In this document: positions 17,295 to 27,434 of the stretch, piece after piece | Layout of the letters: each line of letters begins with the position of its first letter | Position numbering within the stretch: position 1 is the first letter of the stretch | Assembly (NCBI RefSeq): GCF_009931435.1 | Contig: NZ_CP043414.1 | Direction: 5' to 3' (one strand) | Source: Escherichia coli | GTDB taxonomy: Bacteria; Pseudomonadota; Gammaproteobacteria; Enterobacterales; Enterobacteriaceae | DNA length: 64,000 nt | Program-made: the position numbers and the translations under genes | The notes under the pieces: generated by a model | What the model saw: only the letters and a program-made list of their open reading frames with translations | Told to the model about the DNA's origin: nothing | Databases searched by the model: none

Positions 17295-18299
17295 ATGTCG
17301 GGAAACACCTCATTTATTGCCCTGGACTGGGGAACGTCATCGCTTCGGGCATGGCGTTTTGGCGATTCACCAAATCCACAAGAAAAACGTGAATTCCCGT
17401 GGGGGATCATGAAATTACCCTCCCAGGCAGCAACACGTGAGGACGCTTTCCACGATACGTTTTTACGTGTCTGCGGCGACTGGCTGGCACAATCCCCATG
17501 CCCGGTTCTGGCTTGCGGCATGATCGGCAGTGCGCAAGGGTGGCAACCCGCAGCTTATTTACCTTGCCCGGTCACTCTCGAGGGTCTGGCAAAGCAGTTG
17601 ACGCCTGTTATCCACCAGCAGCAGACAATGCTGCATATTATTCCTGGCGTGATTAAAGAAGGTGAAATGCCCGAAGTAATGCGTGGTGAAGAGACACAAA
17701 TCTTCGGTGCTATCTCGATGGAACCGGCCCTGCAAAACGCGATCCGCCAGGGTATGCCTGTGCTGATTGGCTTACCTGGCACACATGCGAAATGGGCGGT
17801 AGTTGAAAACAACACCATTACCGATTTCCGAACCTTTATGACTGGCGAGTTATTTGATGTTTTATCCCGCCATTCGATTCTCGGTGCCACCATGCGTTCG
17901 GGAGATGAACCGCACTGGGATGCCTTCACCCATGGGCTGACAGCAGCACAAGAGCATCATCAGACCGGATTATTATCGACGCTGTTTTCGACCCGTTCGC
18001 GCCTGCTGACCAGTAATCTTACGCCGTCCTCACAGGGGGATTACCTTTCAGGATTACTGATAGGCCATGAATTATGCGGTCTGGCATCCAGTTTGCTACG
18101 TGATTTACCCGCCACAACACCGATCGCCTTAATCGGTAGCGCCACTCTGAACAGCCGCTATTCACAAGCATTCAGCCACGTTTTTCCCGACAGACAGCTA
18201 CACGCCATTCCTAATGCCACTGAACAGGGGTTATGGCGAATCGCCCACGTTGCCGGGCTACTCTCCACCAACGCCAGGGAATGTACCCATGCCATTTAA
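17295..18299 (+). CDS. 2-dehydro-3-deoxygalactonokinase-like sugar-acid kinase (DgoK family)
   Basis: 334-aa ORF MSGNTSFIALDWGTSSLRAWRF...; N-terminal DWGT(S/T) motif and overall resemblance to DgoK. Confidence 0.7.
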   Translation: MSGNTSFIALDWGTSSLRAWRFGDSPNPQEKREFPWGIMKLPSQAATREDAFHDTFLRVCGDWLAQSPCPVLACGMIGSAQGWQPAAYLPCPVTLEGLAKQLTPVIHQQQTMLHIIPGVIKEGEMPEVMRGEETQIFGAISMEPALQNAIRQGMPVLIGLPGTHAKWAVVENNTITDFRTFMTGELFDVLSRHSILGATMRSGDEPHWDAFTHGLTAAQEHHQTGLLSTLFSTRSRLLTSNLTPSSQGDYLSGLLIGHELCGLASSLLRDLPATTPIALIGSATLNSRYSQAFSHVFPDRQLHAIPNATEQGLWRIAHVAGLLSTNARECTHAI

Positions 18300-18918
18300 T
18301 ACGCTTTTGCAAAAAACCGGGTTAGTCGCCATTTTACGCGGCGTGAAACCGGATGAGATTGTCGCCATCGGTGAAAAGCTGTATGCCGCTGGATTTCGCC
18401 TGATTGAGATTCCCATGAACTCGCCGGAGCCGTTGCAAAGTATCAGTTTACTGCGCGACGCCCTGCCTAAGGACTGCCTGGTCGGAGCCGGAACGGTGCT
18501 TTCGGTGGAGCAAGTCGTCGCGGTTAAAGAGGCTGGAGGCCAGATTATCGTGATGCCGCATTGCGATACTGCGGTGATCCGTCGTGCCCGTGCGCTGGGT
18601 ATGTATTGTGCGCCTGGCGTCGCTACGCCCACCGAAGCTTTTGCTGCCATTGAACATGGCGCCAATGCCATCAAGCTGTTCCCGGCTGAACAAATTACGC
18701 CTGAAGTCACCAAAGCCTGGCGTGCGGTTATTCCACAATCCGTTCCGATGTTACCGGTTGGCGGTATCACTCCAGACACAATGGCGCGTTATCTGAGCCA
18801 CGGCGCAAACGGCTTTGGCCTCGGTTCTGCGCTATATCGCCCCGGCATGACGCCAGAGCAAGTCTATGAAAATGCAGTACTGTTTATGAACGCATGGAAC
18901 AATTTAAATAGCAAATAA
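18289..18918 (+). CDS. KDPG / KDPGal aldolase-family protein (DgoA/Eda-like)
   Basis: Track ORF 18214..18918 trimmed to MPFNTLLQKTGLVAILRGVKPDEIVAIGEKLYAAGF...; overlaps the kinase stop by 11 nt. Confidence 0.7.
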   Translation: MPFNTLLQKTGLVAILRGVKPDEIVAIGEKLYAAGFRLIEIPMNSPEPLQSISLLRDALPKDCLVGAGTVLSVEQVVAVKEAGGQIIVMPHCDTAVIRRARALGMYCAPGVATPTEAFAAIEHGANAIKLFPAEQITPEVTKAWRAVIPQSVPMLPVGGITPDTMARYLSHGANGFGLGSALYRPGMTPEQVYENAVLFMNAWNNLNSK

Positions 18919-18942
18919 CTGATAAATAAGGATATAAAAGCA

Positions 18943-19917
18943 ATGATAAAACATCTTACCTTACCGAAAAAAATGGCTGCAATGGTACTTCTTGCCGGCG
19001 CTGCCCTCAGCACTGCGCCTGTACAGGCGGCCTCCTGGCCAACCAAACAAATCGAGTTAGTCGTACCCTACGCGGCCGGAGGCGGTACGGACCTGGTTGC
19101 CCGAGCCTTTGCTGATGCCGCCAAAAACCATTTACCCGTCAGCATCGGGGTTATCAATAAACCTGGCGGTGGCGGCGCTATCGGCCTGAGTGAAATCGCC
19201 GCTGCCCGCCCTAACGGTTACAAAATGGGTTTAGGCACGGTTGAACTGACCACCCTTCCCAGCCTCGGAATGGTGCGTTTTAAAACCAGCGACTTTAAAC
19301 CCATTGCCCGTCTGAATGCGGATCCGGCGGCTATCACCGTCCGTGCCGATGCGCCGTGGAATAGCTATGAAGAATTTATGACTTACGCCAAAGCGAATCC
19401 CGGAAAAGTACGCATTGGTAACTCAGGCACCGGAGCAATCTGGCATCTGGCGGCAGCTGCACTGGAAGACAAAACGGGCGTGAAGTTTTCTCATGTCCCG
19501 TATGACGGCGCAGCCCCTGCCATTACAGGCCTGTTAGGCGGGCATATTGAAGCGGTTTCCGTAAGCCCAGGTGAAGTTATCAATCATGTGAAAGGCGGCA
19601 AGCTGAAGACACTGGTAGTGATGGCGGATGAACGTATGAAAACCATGCCTGACGTCCCGACGTTAAAAGAGAAAGGCGTTGATCTCTCCATCGGCACCTG
19701 GCGCGGCCTGATTGTGTCGCAAAAAACGCCGCAGGATGTGGTGGATGTGCTGGCAAAGGCAGCAAAAGAGACGGCTGAAGAGCCTGCATTCCAGGATGCA
19801 CTGCAAAAGTTGAATCTCAACTATGCATGGCTTGATGGTGCCAGCTTCCAGACCCAAATCAACGAGCAGGAAAAGTACTTTGACGAGCTTCTGACTCGCC
19901 TGGGCCTGAAAAAATAA
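18943..19917 (+). CDS. Tripartite tricarboxylate transporter periplasmic substrate-binding protein (TctC/Bug family)
   Basis: 324-aa ORF with signal peptide MIKHLTLPKKMAAMVLLAGAALSTAPVQAA; TctC-like sequence. Confidence 0.75.
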   Translation: MIKHLTLPKKMAAMVLLAGAALSTAPVQAASWPTKQIELVVPYAAGGGTDLVARAFADAAKNHLPVSIGVINKPGGGGAIGLSEIAAARPNGYKMGLGTVELTTLPSLGMVRFKTSDFKPIARLNADPAAITVRADAPWNSYEEFMTYAKANPGKVRIGNSGTGAIWHLAAAALEDKTGVKFSHVPYDGAAPAITGLLGGHIEAVSVSPGEVINHVKGGKLKTLVVMADERMKTMPDVPTLKEKGVDLSIGTWRGLIVSQKTPQDVVDVLAKAAKETAEEPAFQDALQKLNLNYAWLDGASFQTQINEQEKYFDELLTRLGLKK

Positions 19918-19933
19918 TCCCGAGGTACGGTCG

Positions 19934-20440
19934 ATGAACACAAAACAGTCTGTTGCTCAACTCGCCGTACCGCACCGCAAGCGCCTTTCATCCACTGTGG
20001 TGGTGGCGCTGTTACTTTGTGTGGTTGCTGGCGCGGTGATAATTAATGCCGCTGATTTTCCAGCAACTGCCATTGAAACGGATCCCGGTGCAAGTGCCTT
20101 CCCTACTTTCTATGCCTGCGCTCTGATTGTGCTCGCTGTCTTACTGGTGATACGCGATCTTTTGCTGGCAAAACCAGTCCCTTGCGCCAACGCACAGGAA
20201 AAACCGGCATTAAGGAAAACGGCAACAGGAATTGCGGCAACCGCGTTTTATATTGTGGCGATGAGCTACTGCGGTTATCTCGTTACTACTCCTGTTTTCC
20301 TCATCGTCATTATGACGTTGATGGGCTACAGGCGATGGGTACTCACTCCGGGTATTGCGCTGCTGTTAACGGCAATCCTCTGGTTGCTGTTTGTCGAAGC
20401 GTTACAGGTGCCATTGCCTGTCGGCACATTTTTCGAATAA
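19934..20440 (+). CDS. Tripartite tricarboxylate transporter small membrane subunit (TctB family)
   Basis: 168-aa hydrophobic ORF between the TctC- and TctA-like genes. Confidence 0.65.
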   Translation: MNTKQSVAQLAVPHRKRLSSTVVVALLLCVVAGAVIINAADFPATAIETDPGASAFPTFYACALIVLAVLLVIRDLLLAKPVPCANAQEKPALRKTATGIAATAFYIVAMSYCGYLVTTPVFLIVIMTLMGYRRWVLTPGIALLLTAILWLLFVEALQVPLPVGTFFE

Positions 20441-20452
20441 CAGGGGCCTGCA

Positions 20453-21943
20453 ATGTTTGAAAGTGAACTTTTAACTCAGGGGTTTTCGACATTACTCAGT
20501 AATCCTCAGGCGCTGCTGTTTGCCACGTTTGGAGTGATGCTGGGTATTATGATTGGCGCTCTGCCTGGCCTGACAGCGACCATGGGTGTGGCGATTTTGC
20601 TGCCTTTCACCTACGGCATGGAGCCTGTTTCTGGCTTGTTGATGATTTGCGGTGTCTTTTTTGGTGGTGTGTATGGTGGTTCTATCACCGCAATTTTGCT
20701 CAAAATTCCCGGTACACCTGCCGCCGCTGCCACCGCCATTGACGGTTATGAGTTAACGAAGCAGGGAAAAGCCGGGCTGGCATTAAGTGCCGCCACGTTC
20801 TCTTCTTTTAGCGGTGGAACGCTCAGCATTATCGTATTGATGTTTCTCTCTCCGGTCCTTGCTAGTTGGGCGTTGAAATTTAGTGCCTCGGAGTCCTTCG
20901 CCCTGGCAACCTTCGGACTGAGCATTATTGCCAGTATTTCCGGTGAGTCGCTGATTAAAGGGCTGATCGCCGGGATTGGCGGATTAATGATCGCAACGAT
21001 AGGCCTCGATCCGATGGGCGGTTTTCCACGCTTTACGGGCGGGTTTGTGGAACTGATGAATGTGCCATTTATCCCGGTGATGATTGGTCTGTTTGCTGCT
21101 TCAGAAGCGTTCCGTTCTATGGAACAAAATCAGCATATTCGTCAGAGCGCGAACGTGGCTATCGGCAGTCTGTTACTGCCCTGGCAAACGCTACGCCGCA
21201 TCGCATTAACCATTTTGCGCTCATCAGGATTAGGGGTTTTTATCGGCATGATCCCCGGTGCGGGGGCAGATATTGCAGCTTTTGTTGCCTATAACGAAAC
21301 TCGTCGTTTCAGTAAGACGCCTGAAAACTTTGGTAAGGGTGAGATTAAGGCGGTGGCCTCCTGTGAGGCAGGCGCGAATGGCTGCACCGGTGGCGCATTG
21401 TTACCTATGCTGACGTTGGGGATCCCAGGCGATGCGGTAACTGCCATCATGCTGGGCGCGTTAACGTTACAAGGGATGCAGCCAGGCCCACTGATGTTTA
21501 CCGACCACGGCGATATGGTTTATACGTTATTTGTCGGCATGATCTTCTGTTACTTCATGCTGCTAGTTCTTGGACTGCTCTCTTTGAAAGTCATCGGTAA
21601 CGTGGTGAAAATTCCCGGCAATATTCTCACACCGATGATCCTCGCACTTTGTGTGGTCGGGACTTATGCGTTGAACAATAGCCTGTTTGATGTTGGCATT
21701 ATGCTGATTGCAGGCGTGGTGGGCTATTTCATGCAAAAAGGGGGATATCCGGCATCACCCGTAGTGCTGGCATTGATTATGGGGCCAATGGCGGAAAGTA
21801 ATTTTCGCCGTGCGCTGTCGCTTTCAGGGGGGTCACTCGACTTCCTGTATACCCGACCGATAACCCTGGCATTGCTGACACTGGCAGCCTTTACGCTACT
21901 GACGCCAATAATACGCAAAATTATGCGCTTACGGCGTCAGTAA
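20453..21943 (+). CDS. Tripartite tricarboxylate transporter large permease (TctA family)
   Basis: 496-aa polytopic membrane ORF MFESELLTQGFSTLLSNPQALLFATFGVMLGIMIGALPGLTATMG...; TctA-like. Confidence 0.75.
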   Translation: MFESELLTQGFSTLLSNPQALLFATFGVMLGIMIGALPGLTATMGVAILLPFTYGMEPVSGLLMICGVFFGGVYGGSITAILLKIPGTPAAAATAIDGYELTKQGKAGLALSAATFSSFSGGTLSIIVLMFLSPVLASWALKFSASESFALATFGLSIIASISGESLIKGLIAGIGGLMIATIGLDPMGGFPRFTGGFVELMNVPFIPVMIGLFAASEAFRSMEQNQHIRQSANVAIGSLLLPWQTLRRIALTILRSSGLGVFIGMIPGAGADIAAFVAYNETRRFSKTPENFGKGEIKAVASCEAGANGCTGGALLPMLTLGIPGDAVTAIMLGALTLQGMQPGPLMFTDHGDMVYTLFVGMIFCYFMLLVLGLLSLKVIGNVVKIPGNILTPMILALCVVGTYALNNSLFDVGIMLIAGVVGYFMQKGGYPASPVVLALIMGPMAESNFRRALSLSGGSLDFLYTRPITLALLTLAAFTLLTPIIRKIMRLRRQ

Positions 21944-21997
21944 TTGATATCGCTCCCCGACGTTGGGGAGTATGAGACTGATGACAAACGCTAAATT

Positions 21998-22100
21998 GCC
22001 TGATGCGCTGCGCTTATCAGGCCTACCACAGAAATGCAATATATTGAATTTGCATGCTTTTGTAGGCCGGATAAGGCGATCACGCCGCATCCGGTATGAA
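21998..22100. repeat. REP element cluster
   Basis: GCCTGATGCGCTGCGCTTATCAGGCCTAC and TGTAGGCCGGATAAGGCG...CCGCATCCGG motifs downstream of the TctA-like gene. Confidence 0.7.
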
Positions 22101-22128
22101 CAAAGGACACGTTAACAACAATCGGAAT

Positions 22129-22157
22129 GCTCCCCTAAGCCAGGGAGCGTTTTTTAT
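22129..22157. terminator. Bidirectional rho-independent terminator between the TctA-like gene and udp
   Basis: Hairpin GCTCCCCTAAGCCAGGGAGC followed by TTTTTTATTT on the + strand; overlaps the udp stop. Confidence 0.65.
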
Positions 22158-22918
22158 TTCAGCAGACGACGCGCCGCTTCCACCACGATTTTCACCGCCT
22201 GGCTTTCGGTTTGTTTCATCGTCTCAGCATTCGGGATCTCTTGCTGGGTACGATTGACGATAACGCCCGCCACCATACCCGCACGCAGGCCCTGGCTTGC
22301 ACACATGGTCAGCAGGGTTGCAGATTCCATTTCATAGTTCATTACGCCCATCGCCTGCCACTCTTCCATAGAACCTTTAAAGTGACGGACTACACGACCA
22401 GAGTAAGTATCGTAACGTTCCTGACCCGGGTAGAAGGTATCAGAAGAAGCCGTCACACCAACGTGAGTGGTGGCACCAATTGACTTCGCCGCTTCAACCA
22501 GCGCGGTCGTACATTCGAAATCTGCGACAGCCGGGAACTCCAGCGGAGCGAAGTGCAGGCTCGCGCCATCCAGACGAACAGACGCCGTGGTCACCAGCAC
22601 ATCGCCGACATTGATATGCGGCTGGATAGCGCCCGTTGTACCGATACGCAGGAAGGTGCGAATGCCCAGCTGTGCCAGCTCTTCAACCGCAATAGAGGTA
22701 GACGGGCCGCCGATACCGGTAGAGCAGACGATAACAGGTTTACCATCCAGCTCTGCACGCCAGGTGGTGAATTCGCGGTGAGATGCCAGCTTAACCGGCT
22801 TATCCATCAGCGCGGCGATCTTTTCCACACGATCCGGGTCGCCAGGGACGATGGCAAGCGTAGCCCCTTGTAAATCGTTTTTAGTGAGGCCGAGATGAAA
22901 AACATCAGACTTGGACAT
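22154..22918 (-). CDS. udp: Uridine phosphorylase Udp
   Basis: Track ORF 22154..22924 trimmed to [31 protein letters not shown]... with AGGAG RBS. Confidence 0.93.
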   Translation of the reverse strand: MSKSDVFHLGLTKNDLQGATLAIVPGDPDRVEKIAALMDKPVKLASHREFTTWRAELDGKPVIVCSTGIGGPSTSIAVEELAQLGIRTFLRIGTTGAIQPHINVGDVLVTTASVRLDGASLHFAPLEFPAVADFECTTALVEAAKSIGATTHVGVTASSDTFYPGQERYDTYSGRVVRHFKGSMEEWQAMGVMNYEMESATLLTMCASQGLRAGMVAGVIVNRTQQEIPNAETMKQTESQAVKIVVEAARRLLK

Positions 22919-23179
22919 ATACAACTCCTCTGTGAATCGGTTTAGTCAGAAGAAGCAAAAAGACACTTTACCGAAGGGTTTAACATTTTTTCGTGACACT
23001 CATCACCTTGATGCAAATGCGTTGCATAAATTTACCCAGCAAAAGTGATGCGAATCACATAAATCACTCTTCATTCTGCATGACTGCATAAAAGATGAGC
23101 CGATTCAGGCAATGTGATTTGTTGCATGCTGACTATAGTTAACATTGCGCAACATTTTTATAAGGGTACGGAGAATACC

Positions 23180-23989
23180 ATGGCAACAACACAACAATCT
23201 GGATTTGCACCTGCTGCATCACCTCTCGCTTCGACCATCGTTCAGACCCCGGATGACGCGATTGTAGCAGGCATCACCTCTATCCCTTCACAAGGGGATA
23301 ACATGCCTGCTTACCATGCCAGACCAAAGCAGAGCGATGGCCTACTACCAGTGGTCATTGTAGTGCAGGAAATTTTTGGCGTGCATGAACATATCCGCGA
23401 TATTTGTCGCCGTCTGGCGCTGGAGGGGTATCTGGCTATCGCACCTGAACTTTACTTCCGCGAAGGCGATCCGAATGATTTTGCCGATATCCCTACGCTG
23501 CTTAGCGGTCTGGTAGCAAAAGTGCCTGACTCGCAGGTGCTGGCCGATCTCGATCATGTCGCCAGTTGGGCGTCACGCAACGGCGGCGATGTTCATCGCT
23601 TAATGATCACCGGATTTTGCTGGGGTGGGCGCATCACCTGGCTGTATGCTGCGCATAATCCACAACTGAAAGCAGCGGTGGCATGGTACGGCAAATTAAC
23701 CGGCGATAAGACGCTGAATTCACCGAAACAACCTGTTGATATCGCAACCGATCTTAACGCTCCGGTTCTCGGCTTATATGGCGGCCAGGATAACAGCATT
23801 CCGCAGGAGAGCGTTGAAACCATGCGCCAGGCGCTGCGGGCTGCTAATGCGAAAGCAGAGATTATCGTCTACCCGGATGCCGGGCATGCATTCAACGCCG
23901 ATTATCGCCCGAGCTATCATGCCGAATCTGCGAAAGATGGCTGGCAGCGAATGCTGGAGTGGTTTAAGCAGTATGGTGTTAAAAAGTAA
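23180..23989 (+). CDS. dlhH: Dienelactone hydrolase-family protein DlhH (YsgA)
   Basis: Track ORF 23114..23989 trimmed to MATTQQSGFAPAASPLASTIVQTPDD...; matches remembered YsgA. Confidence 0.85.
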   Translation: MATTQQSGFAPAASPLASTIVQTPDDAIVAGITSIPSQGDNMPAYHARPKQSDGLLPVVIVVQEIFGVHEHIRDICRRLALEGYLAIAPELYFREGDPNDFADIPTLLSGLVAKVPDSQVLADLDHVASWASRNGGDVHRLMITGFCWGGRITWLYAAHNPQLKAAVAWYGKLTGDKTLNSPKQPVDIATDLNAPVLGLYGGQDNSIPQESVETMRQALRAANAKAEIIVYPDAGHAFNADYRPSYHAESAKDGWQRMLEWFKQYGVKK

Positions 23990-24055
23990 CGCCATAGCCG
24001 CTAAATCTGATGATTAAGCTCACACAATTTCAACGATTTTTTTAATCTCAAAACC

Positions 24056-24084
24056 ATACAGCATCAAAAAATTTGTTGCTGTAT
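24056..24084. promoter_or_regulatory. Dyad ATACAGCA-N13-TGCTGTAT with a degenerate second copy about 75 bp downstream, candidate regulator binding site upstream of the accessory operon
   Basis: Read directly in the 256-bp leader upstream of the isochorismatase-like gene; second copy GCAAAAATTTCGTTGCTGTGC near 24132..24152. Confidence 0.35.
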
Positions 24085-24245
24085 GCCACTCTTTGACTCC
24101 CTTCACATTCGTCATCACACCACCTGTTGAATGCAAAAATTTCGTTGCTGTGCGGCAAACTTTTTTCCTGTTTTATGCCGCTTTTCTCCTGAATACTCGC
24201 TCTCAGAACAACTGGATCGTTTAAACATCAGACAGGAGATTTACC

Positions 24246-24914
24246 ATGACGCAATCCATTTTTCAGGCTCAACCCTTTGAATTACCTTTTGATCCGCGCA
24301 CAACTGCACTGGTCATGATCGACATGCAGCGTGACTTTGTCGAAGCAGGGGGCTTCGGTGAGGCACTGGGCAATGATGTTTCACTGGTACGCACGGCTAT
24401 CGCACCATGTACAGAGGTGCTGGCAGCCGCACGTCAAAAAGGAATTATGGTTATTCATACTCGTGAAGGCCATCGTGCAGACTTAAGCGACTGCCCGCCA
24501 GCCAAACTGACGCGCGGCGGAAAAACCTTTATTGGTGAACCAGGACCGATGGGACGCATTCTGGTCAGAGGTGAAGCGGGTCATGACATCATTCCTGAAC
24601 TGTACCCAGTGACAGGCGAACCGGTGATTGATAAGCCCGGTAAAGGCGCTTTTTATCAAACCGACTTACATCTGATTTTGCAAAACCACGGTATCAAGAC
24701 GCTGATAGTTTGTGGTGTAACAACCGAAGTTTGCGTAACCACCACCGTGCGCGAAGCAAATGACCGTGGCTATGAATGCATTATCCCGGAAGATTGTGTC
24801 GGCTCATATTTCCCGGAATTCCAGAAATATGCCCTCGAGATGATCAAAGCACAAGGTGCCATTTTCGGTTGGGTGAGTGATTCCAAAGCCATTATTGCAG
24901 GTCTGGAAGGCTAA
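24246..24914 (+). CDS. Isochorismatase-family cysteine hydrolase (RutB / N-carbamoylsarcosine amidase-like)
   Basis: 222-aa ORF; family motifs ALVMIDMQRDF (Asp), conserved Lys and LIVCGVTTEVCV (catalytic Cys); GGAG RBS. Confidence 0.75.
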   Translation: MTQSIFQAQPFELPFDPRTTALVMIDMQRDFVEAGGFGEALGNDVSLVRTAIAPCTEVLAAARQKGIMVIHTREGHRADLSDCPPAKLTRGGKTFIGEPGPMGRILVRGEAGHDIIPELYPVTGEPVIDKPGKGAFYQTDLHLILQNHGIKTLIVCGVTTEVCVTTTVREANDRGYECIIPEDCVGSYFPEFQKYALEMIKAQGAIFGWVSDSKAIIAGLEG

Positions 24915-24919
24915 CGCCG

Positions 24920-25780
24920 ATGGTACAGGTGACGCTTTGCGCATCATCGTTGGGATATCTTTTCCCGCAAAATGAAACGCAAGATTTACGTCTGCATAGT
25001 GCTTTTAAACATGCGGTAAATCTGTATTCAGAAGCGGGAACATTCATCACTCTGTTGTGTGCGCAAACGTATCTGAATCTCCCTGATGCCGCCAGAGTCA
25101 ACCTGCCTGAGAATTGGGACTGGCGAAGAGAGATTGCCCATTCAGATCCCATTCAGTTAACCCCAGGCTTGTTACAAACACCTCGCTTTTGCGTGGTGCT
25201 TCATAACACAACACTTTGGCAACCGCCATTTGTGGGGGGAATGCTGACACTTGAGGCATTCCCTTTGGTTTTCCAGCACTACCCAACGATGGCATCGCAA
25301 CGGCTTTTATTTTGTCTGGAGCATAACGTTCAAAGCACATTGCACCTGCCGGATAGTCTCACGCACCAGGGATTAGCGATTATGGAACATCCAGATGCAC
25401 TGGAACGCCAGGTGCCACAACTGATCGGCTTTGGTAAAGGCTTAACGCCCGATGGAGATGACTATTTGTTGGGCTATCTGGCAGCGCTCTGGTTATGGCA
25501 ACTCCCTGCAACACTTGCCGATCATCAATACCGGTTGCAGCAGGCAATTGATCAACATGCGCACAACACCACGGATATCAGTCGTCATTATCTGGAGCGT
25601 GCGCTTCAGGGGCATTTTTCAGAACCGATTTGCCAGTTACTCGCACAACTGGTTGGGGGCGCATCGGAAATGACAATCGCATCCTGTGCAGAACAGGTCA
25701 TGCAATTTGGCGCAACGTCAGGAGTAGATTGCCTTGCAGGAATGCTGCATGGCTTTCGAACCCTGAACACCATGAATTGA
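24920..25780 (+). CDS. DUF2877-family protein (YlbF/YahE-like)
   Basis: 286-aa ORF starting 6 bp after the hydrolase stop; resemblance to YlbF/YahE proteins that accompany FdrA-like genes. Confidence 0.55.
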   Translation: MVQVTLCASSLGYLFPQNETQDLRLHSAFKHAVNLYSEAGTFITLLCAQTYLNLPDAARVNLPENWDWRREIAHSDPIQLTPGLLQTPRFCVVLHNTTLWQPPFVGGMLTLEAFPLVFQHYPTMASQRLLFCLEHNVQSTLHLPDSLTHQGLAIMEHPDALERQVPQLIGFGKGLTPDGDDYLLGYLAALWLWQLPATLADHQYRLQQAIDQHAHNTTDISRHYLERALQGHFSEPICQLLAQLVGGASEMTIASCAEQVMQFGATSGVDCLAGMLHGFRTLNTMN

Positions 25781-25874
25781 TTTCAACCTTTTCTCCCGTA
25801 GCCCATTTATGGCGCTACACGGGGATGCTTTGCCCGAATTTTGCTATCGGGCGGAATAAAACAGGCGTAACAGC

Positions 25875-27434
25875 ATGAAAGTTAAATATAAAGTTTTCAG
25901 CAATCTTTATCAGGACTCGGTTTCTCTGATGCAGATTTCCGCGCAAATCAGTAAGTTGCCCGGTATTCAACAGGCCTCGGTCGTCATGGGAACACCCAAT
26001 AATCTCGAACAATTGCGCGATGCGGGTCTGGGTAACGAAATCAACGCCAGTCCCAATGATTTAGTGATTGCAGTCATGGGTGAAGAAGATATTTGCAATG
26101 AAGCACTGATACTGGCCCAGCAACGTCTGACCAGCAAACCCGATGATGAAACGGATAGTGGCATTAAAACACCGGAAAATGTCAGCCTGGAAATGGCACT
26201 GGAAGCCGACACCGAAGCCAACCTGGCACTCATTTCTGTACCGGGAGACTACGCCGCCGCCGAAGCAATTAAAGCGTTAAACCTCGGAATGAACGTGATG
26301 ATGTTCAGCGATAACGTCAGTATCGGGCAGGAAAAATCCATCAAAACACTTGCCCGAGAACGTCAGCGCATCGTAATGGGACCTGATTGTGGAACCGCCA
26401 TTGTTAACGGCATTCCGTTAGGCTTCGCTAATGTGGTGAAACGCGGAGCAATTGGTGTTATTGGCGCGTCAGGCACCGGGCTACAGGAAGTGACTTGCCG
26501 AATCGACCAGCTCGGAGCGGGTATTTCTCAGGCGTTGGGAACAGGCGGGCATGATCTCAGTGAAGAGATTGGTGGAATATCGATGCTCTTCGCTTTAGAT
26601 GCGCTGGCGCAAGACGATGAAACTCGCGTGATTGTGCTTATTTCAAAACCGCCTTCACCGATCGTTGCCCGGGCTATTCTGGAGCGCGCCGAGGCTTGTG
26701 GAAAACCCGTGGTGGTGAATTTCCTCGGTGCGAATCCGCATGATCTGGCACGTCCCAATATCACCGCTGCCGCCACACTTGCCAGCGCCGCAAATATCGC
26801 CGTGGCAGTACTGAATGATCAGCCACTTCCGACTGTCGAGACCGAGATTTCCTGCGACGATCTCACAATGTTACAAAACGCCTGCCAGCGTCTGCCAGCC
26901 CATCGCCAGGCGATACGCGGTGTTTTCGCCGGAGGAACCTTCTGTTACGAAGCGCAACTTATCTGCCAGCAAAAGGGATTCAGCGCCGCCTCCAATACGC
27001 CAGTTGCGGGTAATCGTACTCTGGCAAATATCTGGCAAAGCAAAGGTCACACGCTGATCGATATGGGCGACGATGATTTCACCCGTGGCAAACCGCATCC
27101 AATGATCGACCCGACTCTGCGCAATCAACGTCTGCTCAACGAACTCAACGACTCACACACTGCCGTCGTGTTATTCGACCTGGTACTTGGTTATGGCGCT
27201 TCCGCTACGCCTGCCAGCGAATTACTGGACCAACTTTCACACATCGACATGAATAACGCACCGTTGCTGATTGCGCACGTTTGCGGAACGGAAGCTGATC
27301 CGCAAATACGCAGTCAGCAGATAAGCGCACTACAAAATGCGGGCATCATCATTGCCAGCAGCAATGCACAGGCGGCGCTATGGGCCAGCGCCGTTGCGCA
27401 GACTCAGTTGCAGAAAAAGGGGCTAAACGCATGA
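25875..27434 (+). CDS. FdrA-family protein (CoA-ligase-like; FdrA/YahF paralogue)
   Basis: 519-aa ORF MKVKYKVFSNLYQDSVSLMQISAQ...; conserved blocks NVMMFSDNV, MGPDCGT, GVIGASGTGLQE and GKPHPMIDPTLRNQ match remembered FdrA. Confidence 0.75.
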   Translation: MKVKYKVFSNLYQDSVSLMQISAQISKLPGIQQASVVMGTPNNLEQLRDAGLGNEINASPNDLVIAVMGEEDICNEALILAQQRLTSKPDDETDSGIKTPENVSLEMALEADTEANLALISVPGDYAAAEAIKALNLGMNVMMFSDNVSIGQEKSIKTLARERQRIVMGPDCGTAIVNGIPLGFANVVKRGAIGVIGASGTGLQEVTCRIDQLGAGISQALGTGGHDLSEEIGGISMLFALDALAQDDETRVIVLISKPPSPIVARAILERAEACGKPVVVNFLGANPHDLARPNITAAATLASAANIAVAVLNDQPLPTVETEISCDDLTMLQNACQRLPAHRQAIRGVFAGGTFCYEAQLICQQKGFSAASNTPVAGNRTLANIWQSKGHTLIDMGDDDFTRGKPHPMIDPTLRNQRLLNELNDSHTAVVLFDLVLGYGASATPASELLDQLSHIDMNNAPLLIAHVCGTEADPQIRSQQISALQNAGIIIASSNAQAALWASAVAQTQLQKKGLNA

